DNA of 64,000 nucleotides from Dicyema japonicum (Eukaryota; Animalia; Dicyemida). The notes below the pieces were generated by a model, which ran no database searches, was not told the DNA's origin, and saw only the letters and a program-made list of their open reading frames with translations. Shown here piece after piece: positions 37,111-50,179 of the stretch; the first letter of the stretch is position 1; every line of letters begins with the position of its first letter. Location: NCBI GenBank assembly GCA_011109175.1, contig RDEW01000033.1, positions 434,001 to 498,000 on the forward strand, given 5' to 3'. The position numbers and the translations under genes are program-made.

Positions 37111-37249
37111 TAAAATTTCGAGTTTTTAAATAAAATACTAGCGTGGGATCAATTATCATCATTCACTATGTTGCCGCGTTCAACCAATAATGACATTGAA
37201 AAGATTTACTCTATTTTAGAAAATATCCAGACGAATTTTCTATCAACTC

Positions 37250-39760
37250 ACAAGGAAATCTTTTTTGGAATTTATGTTACTTGTGAAGAATGCCAAGGTT
37301 GATGTCTTGGTAGCCACCGAGACGAAAATTAAACACGGAAAATATTATTTTTTGTAGGAATTGGTGGACATCTCGTGGAAGGATGGAGCAGTGGTTGGGA
37401 CTGGGACTTCGATTTTTTTCCTTAAAGAATTGCAAACACGAAACGATTCTATTTTATTGGTCGCCCATTCGGAATTCGTGTCCGTCGATGTACAATGTGG
37501 AGGGACATGGATAAGTGTGGGAAGATTATACTCTAAGGACTTGGCCCGATCTTCTGCGAAATTATTGAGTTCTTCAAAAGAAACCCGATGTCGATCTTGG
37601 TAGGAGATCTGAATGCTAAGAATACGAGTTACGGATGTTGCAAAAACAACGCAGATGGGCGACTTTTAGCAGATCTGGTTAACGAAATTGAAGTATTGAC
37701 GTCTGAGGAACCTAATCATTTTTCACACTATGACGGTAATATGCTGGGATTGGTCCTAGTATCTCCACAACTTCTAGATCATGTGGACAGACCAAGAATA
37801 CTTTTGGATATAGGGAGTGATCAGATCCCACAGGAAGTGATTATAAACCTGGAGCGAATTTTGTTGAAGATATTTTCATAAAATATGATACCTCGTCGAT
37901 AGACTGGGGACATCATCGTTGTTACTTGTCGAAGACCTTACAAAGGAGTACTAGTTCTTTTTCTACACCTGAGGAGCTGGACTTTTTTAACTGAGAACTA
38001 TCTAATATTATGCTGGTGTATCTGCGATTGTATTGAAAGAAGGTCTATTCATAGAGTTTTCAAACAACAAACAGTCCTGCCCACCTATGATACGGAATCT
38101 TATTCGCGAGAGGAACAGTGTGAAGGCTAAGCGTTGTGTGGATTTGTGGGACAGGACAACTCCGAAAAGCAAAATTTCTGATTCAAAAATTACTGGAAAG
38201 AGTTTGGAAAGTTGTTGCGGGGGATAAATTGAAAAATGCAGTCTCAAAAGGTAACTGGAAAAACCCATGTTTCTGGAAAATGTACAGAATGCTTACTAAT
38301 GGAAATTTAAAGGCAAAGAGTATTGTGCTGGCCGATCATGAGGGAAGGACAATCCCTCTGGAAAGAGTACCTTCGTGTGTTCAGGAAGCAGCTCGAGGAT
38401 ATACAGGGAGTTGATCCTCTTAGCATTATACCTGAGAAGTTTTCAGAGGAGATATCTAATTTTATAAATTACTCTGTGGGCGAGCTGGAAAGCCTGGGAG
38501 AGGATATCACTCTGGTAGAAGTTAGAACTGCTATACGCAAGTGCAAGAACAAGTCTCCTGGATTCGACAGCATTCCCATGATTATGTTTAAAGAAGGGTC
38601 CGATGAACTACTATTTGTTCTACAAAAAATGCATAACTCGAGTTTTAAGTTCGGACAAGTTCCTCCGCTATGGAAGCGCTCTATTGTGAAGATGATCCTC
38701 AAACCTGGAAAGTCGAGGAAGGCTCCTTTTAGTTATAGACCGATAAGCCTTATATGTTCTACATCAAAGATTAGGGAACGGATTGTATTCAAGAGATTGA
38801 ATCGGCATATAGAAAAGAGTAATTTTCCAAGACCTTTCCAATGGGGTTTTCGTCGGGGAAGATCGTGCGGAAATTGTATTTACTCACTAAATTACGAAAT
38901 TACAAATGCATTTAAGAAGAAAAGTCAGTTAAGCCTTGTTTGCCTTGACATCTCGAAGGAGTTCGACAGTATATGGCCTTACGATCAAAAATATCCAAAC
39001 AAATGTTCTTATGGTTGAAAGACTATTTGACTGGGAGGATATCTCATGTGGTAGTCGGTGGAAGATATTCTGATGGTACATCGTTTAAGAGGGGAGTGCC
39101 GCAGATATCTATTTTAAGCCCCCTGTTATTCAACGTATTTAAGAAGATTTTCCGTCACCGCTAGACGTCAGGACCGAGCTGATAATATACGCTGATGACA
39201 TTTTAATCTTGGATTCGTCTTTGAGTAAATACCTTTCAGAGCGGCGACTAGAAGTTTTTTAACAAAGTACAGGATTGGTGTGATCGGAGAGCCCTGAGAT
39301 TCTCCATGGAAAAGTCCAGTTATTCACGGGTAAGCAGGCTGAATAGGCATCACGAAGAGCCTTACACTCTTCACATCCCGAGAGTTTCGTCGCTGAAATA
39401 CCTTGGAATTGTAGTTGATGGGAAAGGATCATATCTGAAGGACATCGAAGAGCAGAGAAAGAAGGCTGTGCAAGCATTGTTCTTCACTAGAAGCCTAAAG
39501 TTGGATGGTGATACCATGCTTTTTGTTTTTCGGAATGTGATACTTATGGATGGTTTTACAGCCCCTCGAGGAGAGGATCCTCGCTAGAATTGAGAAAACA
39601 AGGCGATCGGCGAACAAACTATCCCTTGGGAAGAAATTGTACGAAGGCCTGACTGAGGAAGAGAACAAACTTGTCAGGCCAGTCAGGGAAGATATTCAAA
39701 TCAGGATGTGTAACTTCCAAGACCAGCAGATAAATTCATAAATATTCAACATGTGCTCTA
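37250..39760 (+). mobile_element. Degenerate LINE of a second lineage (APE and RT)
   Basis: ILVGDLNAKN, KSPGFDSIP, SYRPISLICSTSKIRERIV, FQWGFRRGRS, GVPQISILSP and YADD; related to 56500-57610. Confidence 0.88.
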
Positions 39761-39859
39761 TAAAATGTTTATCTCTATGATAATAATGGGCTTTGTCAAA
39801 AATATTATAGAATATCAATCCATAGTGAAGTAACTCTCTCTAATTTATTTAGAGACTAG

Positions 39860-40200
39860 ATACTTTCTAGAGAAGCCAACAGCGCATACTGACTGGAATC
39901 TTCTGGCCGAGAAAAATCTCAAACAAAAACTATATGCTCTATGTAAATCTACACAAATTAGCATAGACGTTATTCTATCGAGTGGAACTACTTGGACTTA
40001 TTCTTTGACTGGACCCGACTACGCCGTGTAACAGAATAATGGAAGAATATTTTTACTGCGCCGGAAGTCATGGATTTCGAGGCAGACCAAGAAATACACT
40101 TCCAATATGCTTAATAGATGATTACGAAACAATCGGTCGTAAATTGGTGACAGCAGAGTCTGAAATGCGAACTATTGCGGAGTCTATCCATAGAAATAGC
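39860..40200 (+). mobile_element. RTE 3' fragment
   Basis: MEEYFYCAGSHGFRGRPRNTLP motif. Confidence 0.75.
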
Positions 40201-41774
40201 GATTCGGGGATTCGTATATTGCAGCAAGAATGTCTGCATAAAACGGAAAATTATTGAAAAAATTGTCATAGAGTGCACAATTTGCAAGTTTTCTATTAAC
40301 GTAAAGCAGAAAATTAATCTATTTAATAGGTCTCCGATTCTAAATATTTGTGACTGCTTATGTTTCAGGTATTTATTGTATAAAGTATGATAGAAAACTT
40401 AGATTCAGATCATTTGGTCTTAATTTTTCTATTCAAATCTAAATTCAGCCTATTTTAAGCGGATGAACAAAAGAATGAACGTTCATCAATCAAAATATGA
40501 TTTTTCTATTGGAAATGAGGTACTTTTAGTAAATAAATTTAGATGCGAGTTTTAAAGGATTATGGGACTAATCCATCGCTAAGGTTGAGCAGATTTGAAT
40601 CTACATATGAAGAGCCAAATAAAATTACTCAAATTTTGTCAAACAATCGAATAGAGGTTTATTTAATTTTGTTATTACAGATTAAGGCACATTCGTGAGA
40701 ATTGAAAATAGTCAACATGGGTCGAGTCAAGAAAATATAGACTTAAAAAAATAAATTCTTTGATTAGAAACAAATTAATATTGACTGACAGATGACATGT
40801 CAATTGACAGGTGAAATGTAACCAGCACAGGATGGGTAACCCGTGCGGGACGCGACATAATATCATAATATGCCCAACACTAATTATATTTGTAGCAAAA
40901 TTGATTATCACATATCATAAACACAACAATTTAATCCTATTATTTGTTAAGCCTACTAGTTCTGATATAAGCTATATTTTTTTAAGAAAAATCAATTTAT
41001 TACGGAAAAAAGTAAGCAAATGGACATATAGTTGTCGCCCTAACTGCATGGCTATTCCCTCTCAGGATGGCGAACGAGATTAGCTCAAATAACCATCAGC
41101 GCTCATTGGGGTTTTCTGATCGTGTAGATATCCGATCTTCTAGAAGACTCAAGAATTCCATCGTCGCAGATGCAAAGGAACCAGACGTCTCACCGACGAA
41201 TGGAACGAACAATTCTATATTACAATCCCGGAACCATCTGGGTTTTGGTTGACACTTATACATTAATCAATATTGATTAAATAAAATTATTCCAATGACC
41301 AAGGGTAAAAAAGGACGAAAGCTGAAAACTGGAGATGATCTGGATACGCTCGGAATAACTGCCTGTAACCGCGGAGCATAGAGGAAGTTAGTCAAGAGAA
41401 TTGTGGAAGATAAAATAACCTGAAGAAAAATACGGCACAAGCGGAACCTTAATTAAATAAATTACATTTTTGGTTCTTCGAAAGTGCTATTAATAATAAT
41501 AGACCAAGGGTAAAACCAAACAAACTATCTCCTTGATCCTGACACGTTCCATCGAATCCAGAACTAGTCTCCAGGTAAAGAAATTTTTTTCTCGTAGAAA
41601 GAATAGTTTGATTTTTTGAATTCTGAGCAGGCATTTAGTGAGGTGGATCCAATGATCCTATCAGTAAATTATTTTGTTTGATAAAATAAGAAAAATTATA
41701 TTTGTTTGATAAAATATAAAATCTAATTATAAATTTAAATTGAATTAATATTATCCAAATAGAATTAGCATTTA

Positions 41775-43068
41775 TGGAAAATAGGAACTCATTTGATGTA
41801 GTTAAGACGACTCAGAAAGTAGATGAGAATGGTAATATACGGAATTCTGATATTTTTAATGAGAAGGAATATTATATTTTCGGTATTTAGTATTTTAATT
41901 TAGAATCTCAATCTATAAATAAGGTTCCTTAGTTCATATCAATCATAGAGTATTTTCCAGAAAAAAGTTAAAGAGGATAATTTGAGTTGTTAATTATTTG
42001 TAGTTTAGAAAACTGGAGTTTACCTGAAATGTCGTCCAACTCTGACTTTTCAGGATCAGAAGTGATTTTGTCGCAAATATTTCGAGAATATACCCTTCCT
42101 CTCTACCCTTTCAGTCCATTACTAAAAATTATACTAAACTTTATTGATGGAAGGGAAAACTCATTTGTTTATAATGCTGATTTGATTGAACGATTGAATA
42201 ACTTTAAAAGAGTAATATCTAACATACATCCATTCAACATCTGTTTGGAGATTAAATCTTTAAATAAGTACGCTAAATTTATGGATACTAATAAATGTTC
42301 TATTTGGTACTCAAAAAAACTCAAAAGTATTCAAATTGTAATTCCAATATATAATACAATAGTTGTCAGAGTACAAGTTTGTTGTGGTAGACCCATTCAG
42401 ACCACTTTGTGAGGCTCACGAAATCACTGTTAATGCACTACCTAACATTAAATTTGGTGTGGAGATATCAACAAATACTGTAACTTCCTTCAGAACTCTC
42501 ATTTCCTCCAAAACAGTTGTATCTAGTTGGGTCTACCTTTTATCCCCAATTGATGTATTCTCTGCAGAATTTGGAATCTTATGTTGTTTCAGATATTAAC
42601 GATATTCTGATTTTGTCAAATTTAAAGGGATTTAAGAAAATCCTAGTCATTGGAACAGCAAATGGGCAGTCATACGATTGGATGATTAAAATGATTCAAT
42701 ACTACGTCTTCAAAAGCATTAATAATAAAGACAAACTCACAAAGTATTCCATTCTGCACGAGACTTCCCGTGATATCTGCATCATAATTGGAGAAATTCT
42801 TAAATCTGGAAAAATTGATAAAAGACACTTTAAAGTCCATATGGAAGCACTAAACCTGGTAATTTTAGTGTCATATTATTTTTCAACTGAAAACAAGGAA
42901 TCATTTCAAAAGTATAAACTAGAGACATTATATAATAATGTTATGTGTCACACATTAGCAACAGAATTAGATTTTATTGGATTGATTTTACAAAATAGAG
43001 AAATTGATATGGAAATATTATACATTAATGTTGAATTAATTTTATGCATTTCATCATTCTGTCTTTAA
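41775..43068 (+). CDS. Orphan protein-coding gene or pseudogene
   Basis: Three consecutive overlapping ORFs (141, 78 and 183 aa) in very AT-rich DNA, preceded by ATG 41775 with micro-intron-like GT...AG segments; no recognised homology. Confidence 0.4.
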
Positions 43069-43080
43069 TTATTATGTTAT

Positions 43081-43416
43081 TTAGACACTGAAGTGGTTAG
43101 GTGTCGGGCTTAAGTGGCTTAGGCTACGGGTTCAAATCTCGCTGCTGTTCACCTGGTGGAAGGTTCCACGCATCTACGGTGCTAAAAAGGCTTTGACGAG
43201 TGACGCCGTCATCAGTGAATCTCACTGCGGAACTGGATTGTCTAGAAAGGACCCACACACAAGAAAAAGAAAAAAAAAGTGAAGATCATTCCTTGGTTCT
43301 ACGATTAGTTAAAATTAACTGTTCTTTACTTAAATAAAGTGTGTGTCCTGCCTATGCGGAGCTAATACCACGGCTCCGTGAAAAAGGCTGTTATTATTAT
43401 ATTATTAGACACTGAA
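43081..43416 (+). mobile_element. tRNA-derived SINE (~312 bp) with a 12-bp TSD
   Basis: A-box-like AGTGGTTAGG, B-box GGGTTCAAATCTC at ~43128-43140, hairpin-rich body and (TTA)n tail; TTAGACACTGAA duplicated at 43081-43092 and 43405-43416. Confidence 0.85.
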
Positions 43417-43699
43417 CTACAAGTTAATGAGGCTGGGGTTAATGCACTAACTAGCGCCTCCAGAGCCCTGTATGAGACTGGATTCAGGAATGCGAATGTT
43501 AAAAATATTATTCTCCAAGGACCACTGGGTTGTATATGCACTCAACCCTCACGTTGGCCACATTCTTTAATACGAATCGGAAAAAATTTAATTGACACAT
43601 GTCTTCCAATTTTTCTCGTGGACCCTATACTCGGCATATTTTTAATAAAAAACTAAAATTGTTAATTATGCACGCTTCATGTGGTTCGCCGTTTCTGGT

Positions 43700-44200
43700 G
43701 GCGCAAGTTGTGGAATTTACTTCGCAATTAAAAAAGACCGATTATCCTTTCCAATCCAAGATGATTGTCCTTTCCTGGACGGCCCTCCTATTTGCCTGCC
43801 TCACCAAACTTGATCGAAACCCTGCTGATGCTCTCCGGAGATATAAACCCAAATCCCGGTCCACCAAAAGCCCTTGTCCTCTTACGACTAAACATTAACA
43901 GAATTAGAGGGAAAGTCTAGGAGCTCAGAGACCTGAAAAACAGGAAATAGAAATTTACCTACTACAAGAAACAAGACTGTCTTCCTCCACACCCTCCCCA
44001 GTCTTCCCAGGCTACAAGATTATGCGACGTGACAGCCCTCCTTCTGGCCGCTGAGGTAGTCATCACACTTATCAAATCCCTTTCACATAAAGAGCACACT
44101 TCTACTTCCCCCATCCCGTTGAATACATCACAATTTCAATTTCAACCAACATTTGATACCTCACTGTATTGAACATCTATGCACGACTTAATCCTGGCAA
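43700..44200 (+). mobile_element. LINE 5' region / APE fragment
   Basis: LNINRIRGK...LLQETRL APE N-terminal motif. Confidence 0.6.
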
Positions 44201-44924
44201 CAAGAGACCAGTGTGTCTACACAGCGAGTACCCATTTACAAGAATTACTGGACAACCGAACGGCTGGCTTATAGAAATTGATTTTATTTTTGATTAATTC
44301 AATAAAATCTGATACTACATTAGGGTCAAAATTCAAAGTTGCAGATTTTCCATGCATATTTCGTAACTTCAAACCATTCCTCTTTAACAAGCCACCCATT
44401 GCTTCCTTTGAAATCAGTGATCCCTCGTTTTGATGGAAATGTTTTTAGTTTCTCAGTAATAATTTCCGCGTTCAAAATGGCTCCTTTAACATCCATTGAA
44501 TTAACCCAAGAAATCGTATCATAATCGATTTCACTAAACTTTAAATATTCTTTGCGAGAAATGTCAGATCGTAAGATATTCAACATAATTTCAGATCCTC
44601 TTTTACTTCTCAGATTATTAATAGATCTACGAGAAATAGGTGCATTATATTTTTGGAAAAAATTTATGAAATTTTTATCCAATTCAATATTCGATTCAAT
44701 AAACTTTAAAATGGCAATTTTTGTTTGTTTTTTAATCGTGTACAGTTACGTTTCATGAAAACAACAATAAACAATAACAACGTGATAATAAGTTAATTAA
44801 AATTAAGAGCATTAAAAAATCTGGCGGATTCGAGAAATTTTGTTAGAAAAAATGGCGGATTAGAGAATTTATTAATTATAATTGGCAAATTCGAGAAATG
44901 GCGGATTCGAGAGACTTTAGTGTA
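44200..44924 (-). mobile_element. pogo/Tigger transposon end with CENP-B HTH remnant
   Basis: TA|CACTAAAGTCTCTCGAATCCGCC terminus at 44922, repeated TGGCGGATT(C/A)GAGA subterminal motifs, FKGSNGWL motif. Confidence 0.8.
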
Positions 44925-45164
44925 TATGGAATCTAAATTTTCTGTTAATAAGTTTTCTCTATTAAAAATGGAAAAACAACATATTTCTCCATGCATATGC
45001 GCCTATTTGAAAAATTATCCTCCATGTTTATTCAGAAAGATTTTTATTATAAATTATTATCTAAAGACCGAATTTTTACCTGAAAACGTTTTTAATTACA
45101 TTATTCTATATTTTAATAAAGTTTAGATTAGTTTTTTTTCATATTAAAAAAAAATTTCTAGATA

Positions 45165-45265
45165 AATTTTTCAAAGTCAAAAAAGGTCAAAATTTTGAAT
45201 TTTTAAAGTCAATAAAGTCAATTTTAGGTCAAATTTCGTAGTTATAAAGTCAAAAAATCGCCCTA
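45165..45265 (-). mobile_element. MITE-like terminus with TAGGGCGATTTTTT TIR
   Basis: AAAAAATCGCCCTA ends at 45265; AAGTCAA repeats shared with 36896-37110. Confidence 0.6.
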
Positions 45266-45569
45266 CTTATCACTGAGGTAGACAAAATTCAACCAAAACT
45301 CGCAGATAAGTCAGAATTTCTTTCAAAGGTCAAATAGTGGCAGTTTCATTGAAAGAGTCGAAACTTATACTAACCGACACTACAACTGATCTTCCCAGAT
45401 CTTCCGGTCGTATTATTATTGAAACCAATCAAATAGAAAATTTGTGATTTGCTCATGGTCCTTTCTGCTTATTCTAGACACTTCTAGAAAATGACTTAAC
45501 ATAAATAGGAGTCTTCTAACGACATGGGCTATATTTTGCATTAAACTATTAACTATGGCCATCGCAGAT

Positions 45570-45880
45570 CAAGATCACGATTACTTCGAAACTGAGTTCC
45601 TCAGGATTCCTTGCTTTTCCGGCACTTTAAAGTTATTTCTTCACGAATTATCAACAGAAGGAGACAAAGACCCCTTGTACTATCCTACACGGATTGTTTA
45701 ATTTTCACAGTACGCAACCATTCGACGTTAGTCGTAAATTAATGATAAGACAAAAAATACGATTACTCTTGTTGAAATTCGGATCACTTCGCAAAACTGC
45801 TTCAATCAGGTCTAGGTAGAAAAGTTCCACGAGCATGACCTACTGGCGAACGAACCTGAGATAATCCATCGCGCAAAGGT
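45570..45880 (+). mobile_element. RLE-type retrotransposon endonuclease fragment
   Basis: DKTKNTITLVEIRITSQ...VEKFHEHDLLANE. Confidence 0.7.
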
Positions 45881-45899
45881 GAAAATAATCCTTTGGTCA

Positions 45900-46560
45900 T
45901 TTGGAATGGAATTGTCTTCAGATTCACGTGAACACGCCTATACAGGCCAGTTTCTCGTCGGTTCTTTATTATTATTAGCACTTTCACGAGAGCCATAATA
46001 TTTATAGCCCGCATGTGCAGCAAAAAATATAAGAGAATTAGGTAGCTTTTTCCAGGCTTTTCTGTTCTTAGCTAGATCCCTCAGTGTGTTCAGAACGTCG
46101 CCTGATACCAATGTATTCTTTACGGCTTTCAGATCGTTTTGTAAAACGACCGGGAGGGTTGTTCTCGGTCTTCCACGAAAGCGTTTTACATTGGAGGAGT
46201 AGTAATCTTCCATTGCTATATTCGGGGATATCTAGTCCAACCTCAGGACGCGTCAAAAAAGTCTCCAGCGAGAGCTAATTATCTCTAGACTTAATGGTGT
46301 ACAGTCACATTATTGTACAGTCCTTTCCACGAGATCTTGGATGACCAAGACATTCCAGTTATGTTTCTTAGATGATTCCTGTGAAACGAGTCTAGCCTCT
46401 CCACTTTCTCTTTTGAGGTGCCCCGTCCCAGAGTTGTATAGAAAAATTGGTTTGATAAAGGTGTCGTATAACATTATTCTTTGTTGTATGTTATTTCCAT
46501 TCCGTTTTAGCCATAGGTTTTTCAGCCTGTGTAATGCCGCGTTTGCCATGGTCGTCGATT
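45900..46560 (-). mobile_element. RTE 3' fragment
   Basis: IMLYDTFIKPIFLYNSGT and RFRGRPRTTLPVVLQNDL. Confidence 0.85.
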
Positions 46561-46900
46561 CTTTGTCGGAGAATATAGAAAACAATGTCTTATTTTCTAT
46601 AAAGGAAACTCGTTTTTCATTACAATTTGATGAATCCACACATTTCAGGAATTGAAATTTTTGTTGGCATATATACGATTTGTCTATTTTGGGATAATTA
46701 CAATACTTGTTCTGTAAGCCTCCTTTAACTACTACTCGAGCAATTGACATGTCCACGATATTGAATGATTATTTCAATAATATTTTATTTTCCAATTGTA
46801 TGGTATAGCCTTGTCTATGTCTGGTCATCTTAATGGACTTGTTTCATTAGTAAATCTAAAAATAATGAGATAGTATCATCACATTGTTTTTTGCACCAGA
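46560..46900 (+). mobile_element. hAT (Buster) transposase fragment
   Basis: FSLQFDEST...LFCKP motif containing the first catalytic Asp region. Confidence 0.75.
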
Positions 46901-47029
46901 AATATGAAAAACAATAAACGGAAAATTTTATTATTACCCCCAGGATCACTGGTCAAAGAGAAAGAAATAAAAGTTCTCATCTAACTAAGTGATCCCAGAC
47001 CGACAAAAGTGAGGACGAGTCCGGCGGGG

Positions 47030-47700
47030 TCGAGAATCCTGAACTGCTCTTCTCATTGGACATGGCATTGGCTCAAAATTTCTGTATGATTGTAGATAAT
47101 TCGATAGTATTTGGAATAGAGAGCAGCTCGGTAGAACAGCCTCCTTTAATAGTTTGTTCGATTAAAAAGTTTTCAATGGGTTGGATATTGTGATCTGTCC
47201 AATTAACCTTATTGCAGTCTCCTCGATTGCAGATAATTTCAATGTGGAAGATCGTGACATTTGCATTGCCCATGAAGGACTTGCATACGTCATCGTTGTC
47301 GGATAAATTGTTTGTAAATCGTGGCAAGGATCCCAGTTTGATCTCTAAGTGTTTTTGAGAGCACTTTTAAAATTCTTATTTTTTCAGAGCAGAAGTTACT
47401 CTTTTTCAACATGCCGGATAAAGGTGAGTCCTGATCAAAGGTTACTCCCAGAATCTTCGGTGTTTTGTTAATAGAGATAGCTTCGTTCTTCATAAAGACT
47501 TTTGGTTCGATACAGAGCTGTCTCTTGTAGGTGGTAAACAGTGTGACAAAGGACTTTGCTGCTGATGTGTCAAGTCTCCGCTTCGAGAGCCATAGTTCCA
47601 AGTTGTCGAGCATTTGTTGAGCCAACTGAGTCGCTGATTGAATGCTTCTGTTCTTGGAAGCAAGAAAAATTTGAAAAATATTGATCAGGAAATTCGAGTA
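47030..47700 (-). mobile_element. LINE fragments (late RT and an APE piece)
   Basis: LDNLELWLSKRRL...PKILGVTFD. Confidence 0.75.
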
Positions 47701-47714
47701 GTTATTTTTATTTT

Positions 47715-47973
47715 TCATTTATTATTTATTAACCCGGATACACCGAGAAAGAAGTTAAAGTAACCAACTAATTAAGTACATCAAATTTCCACTTATACAG
47801 AAACAGAGTCCATCCGGAATCAGCATAAAGGGTAAGACGTCCATTACATGCAGTTGTGGAAACCCCTCCAGTGGAGTGGGGAAGAGCAAATGATCCTTTT
47901 TCATGCCGACCTGCACTGGGCGTCTCCTAGACAGGTGGATCACATGACGCCACTCTATTAGGAAGAGAGAGGA
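47715..47973 (-). mobile_element. ~260-bp SINE-like element, copy 2
   Basis: Reverse-complement match to 6096-6355 with an AATAAATAATAAA tail. Confidence 0.75.
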
Positions 47974-48147
47974 GGGACAGACAAGCAAGCAGAAAATTTG
48001 AGCCATTTAACCACGCAGCATCACATGGCGCCACGCGGCAAAATTGTCAACCATTGGACCAGATATTGATGATATATGTAAAAAATAATAATTAAGTGTA
48101 TTTCATTTTTAATTTATATTTATTATTAGTGATCATGATTCATTTTT

Positions 48148-48870
48148 GTTGAGCTGGTGACGTGGCTCTATTGCACACATCTCTTTTTCGTGCTTTCTTC
48201 GGGATCTTTCTGTAAGAGGATTAAAGTCGATAAAAGAAGACATTTATGCGTGGATCTTGGATCGTACAAGACAACCGTGGCGTGCTTGCAGGAAACGAAA
48301 GTAAAAGGCGGACAAGATGAAATCAACTATGATTTCCGCCTGATTTTGCACCTTTCGAATTGCCCACACTACGGCATGGGTTTTGCAATACAAAAAGAAC
48401 TGAACAATCGAATCCACAAGACGTGGAGGGTGAGCGATAGAATGTGTGTTTTACAATTAAAATACGGTGAAAAGAACAATTCTATAATCTCCATTATTAA
48501 TGTATATGCACCAACTTCGGTGAGAGTATCAATCAATGGAGACGAACTAGACGACTTCTATTCCTCCCTGTCGCAACTATATGCATCTTTGGAAACATCG
48601 TTCTTGACATATGTTGCCGGAGATTGGAACGCAAAGGCAGGACGTGAAAGTAGTCACGAAGAATTCATGGAAGCCATGGTAGAGGGATCAGGAACCATTC
48701 AGGAGAATCGCTTATCGAATTTTGCAATACATTCAAACTATTTCTATGCAATAATGCTTTCAGGCACTCAGCAAGACATAAGACGACATGGAGCTGCTAC
48801 CGAAAGGACAAATCTGGGACTATCAAGCCTATATATAACCAAATAGATTACATTATCTGCAAGCAAGCAA
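48148..48870 (+). mobile_element. RTE retrotransposon 5' part (APE)
   Basis: Starts GTTGAGCTGGTGACG; CLQETK, HYGMGFA, INVYAPTS and AGDWNAKAG motifs. Confidence 0.9.
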
Positions 48871-49399
48871 GCCTAGATTACATTCTTGTATTTATTAAAA
48901 GCACCACGACAATTATGCGGTTACAACTATTTTGTATAACTTTCAATAGATTATGTTGACTAACTTTGGTTATGTCTTTTTTATAATAAACTCAAGATTC
49001 AATATATTTAAAATCAAAATAGGAATTCATGTAAATTAACAGCACCTAAATTTATACTCTCCGATACTTGGCTGGAGGATGAATTCAAGTGAAGCTAATT
49101 TATTGAAATATTAGTTTCGAAACACTAGTAGCACATATTTATATAATATTTTTTGATATTCTCTGTAAAGGCTGGACTTCTAATAAAGACGGGTATATGT
49201 TGATGATATGAACTCGTATGATTGCTATTACACGTGTATATATTAAGTCAAAAATGACACTGAAGAACAGTTAACTTGTACAAATATTAACTGTAACGAT
49301 TTAATGATAATTTTTGATTGTGAATATATGCACCTCGTGGGCTCCATTCATACAATTTTCGATAACCAAATCCCCCCATAAAGTCATTGAGCGAATTGT

Positions 49400-50175
49400 C
49401 GGAAAATTGAGTATTCAAAGTAAAAGACTAAAATAAGTTTACAATTCAATTGAGTCTTCTCCAATCCATTATATTTCTTCATGTTGAGGGAAGCATTACC
49501 ACCAGGAACAAGTCCTTTGAACAGGGGTGTCAAACTCATTTCGCTTCGTGGGCCGCATCTATAATAATTTTCATAAGGGAAGATTAGTTCTGATATATTA
49601 TTTTTTAAGAATATATTTATTATAATTAAAAACAAAAAATAAGAGAAACTTAATTATTTAGTCACTAATTGAAAAAAAAATAAAAAAAAATTTAATTAAA
49701 TGTAAAAAATAACAATATGATTTTTTTGTGTTTTATAGCCATTAAATCGGGCCACATGTTTGACACTCCTGGTTTTGAAGATCTCAGTGAAATTCTAAGA
49801 AACATGTTCAAATGTATGATTGAGAGTTTCATATTTTTGGCATCTTGATTGATCAATGTCCATTATGGACTGCAATTGCTAGGCCAATGCTTTCTGGGAC
49901 TTCGTCACATTACGCTGTCTCGAAAGCAGGTCCTCATGAACAGCAGCAATGTCAGAGAACTGATCCTTTTTATTCACATGATTGTATTGCTACAGTTTGA
50001 CGTTAAAATCATTCAATAGCTTGCACAACTGACTCTGACCACTTAATTTCTCAGCTTCCTCGAATGGGATTGTACCCAACTTTCTAACCTTCTCTGAACA
50101 TTCCTCTCCTAGCAATTAATGCAAAGAGACTCTTTTAAGCAGCATCTTCTGCTTGATTAATATCCTCTCCAATTC
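49400..50175 (-). pseudogene. SMC3: SMC3 (cohesin) C-terminal coiled-coil fragment, pseudogenised
   Basis: EECSEKVRKLGTIP...YNHVNKK.DQF...SIMD...KYETL..TFEHVS*NFTEIFK|GLVPGGNASLNMKK; three in-frame TAG stops, a retained 22-nt intron and a MITE inserted in the coding sequence. Confidence 0.85.
49522..49771. mobile_element. 250-bp hAT MITE
   Basis: TIRs CAGGGGTGTCAAAC and GTTTGACACTCCTG; 8-bp TSD CCTTTGAA / GTTTTGAA (6 of 8 match); derived from the element ending at 29458. Confidence 0.9.
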
Positions 50176-50179
50176 TGTC

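Noticed and set aside
43083-43150. Functional tRNA gene
   Set aside because: A/B boxes are present, but there is no acceptor stem or 7-nt anticodon loop, and it is the head of a TSD-flanked SINE.
43195-43225. Hammerhead ribozyme (CTGATGA on the minus strand of the SINE; also near 24490)
   Set aside because: No GAAA core after a stem II and no matching stems I and III.
49780-50110. TAG reassignment, suggested by TAG at Lys positions in SMC3 and in-frame stops at 62598 and ~62860
   Set aside because: The intact genes have no internal TAG or TGA, VPS53 ends in TAG, and the SMC3 piece is independently disrupted by a MITE.
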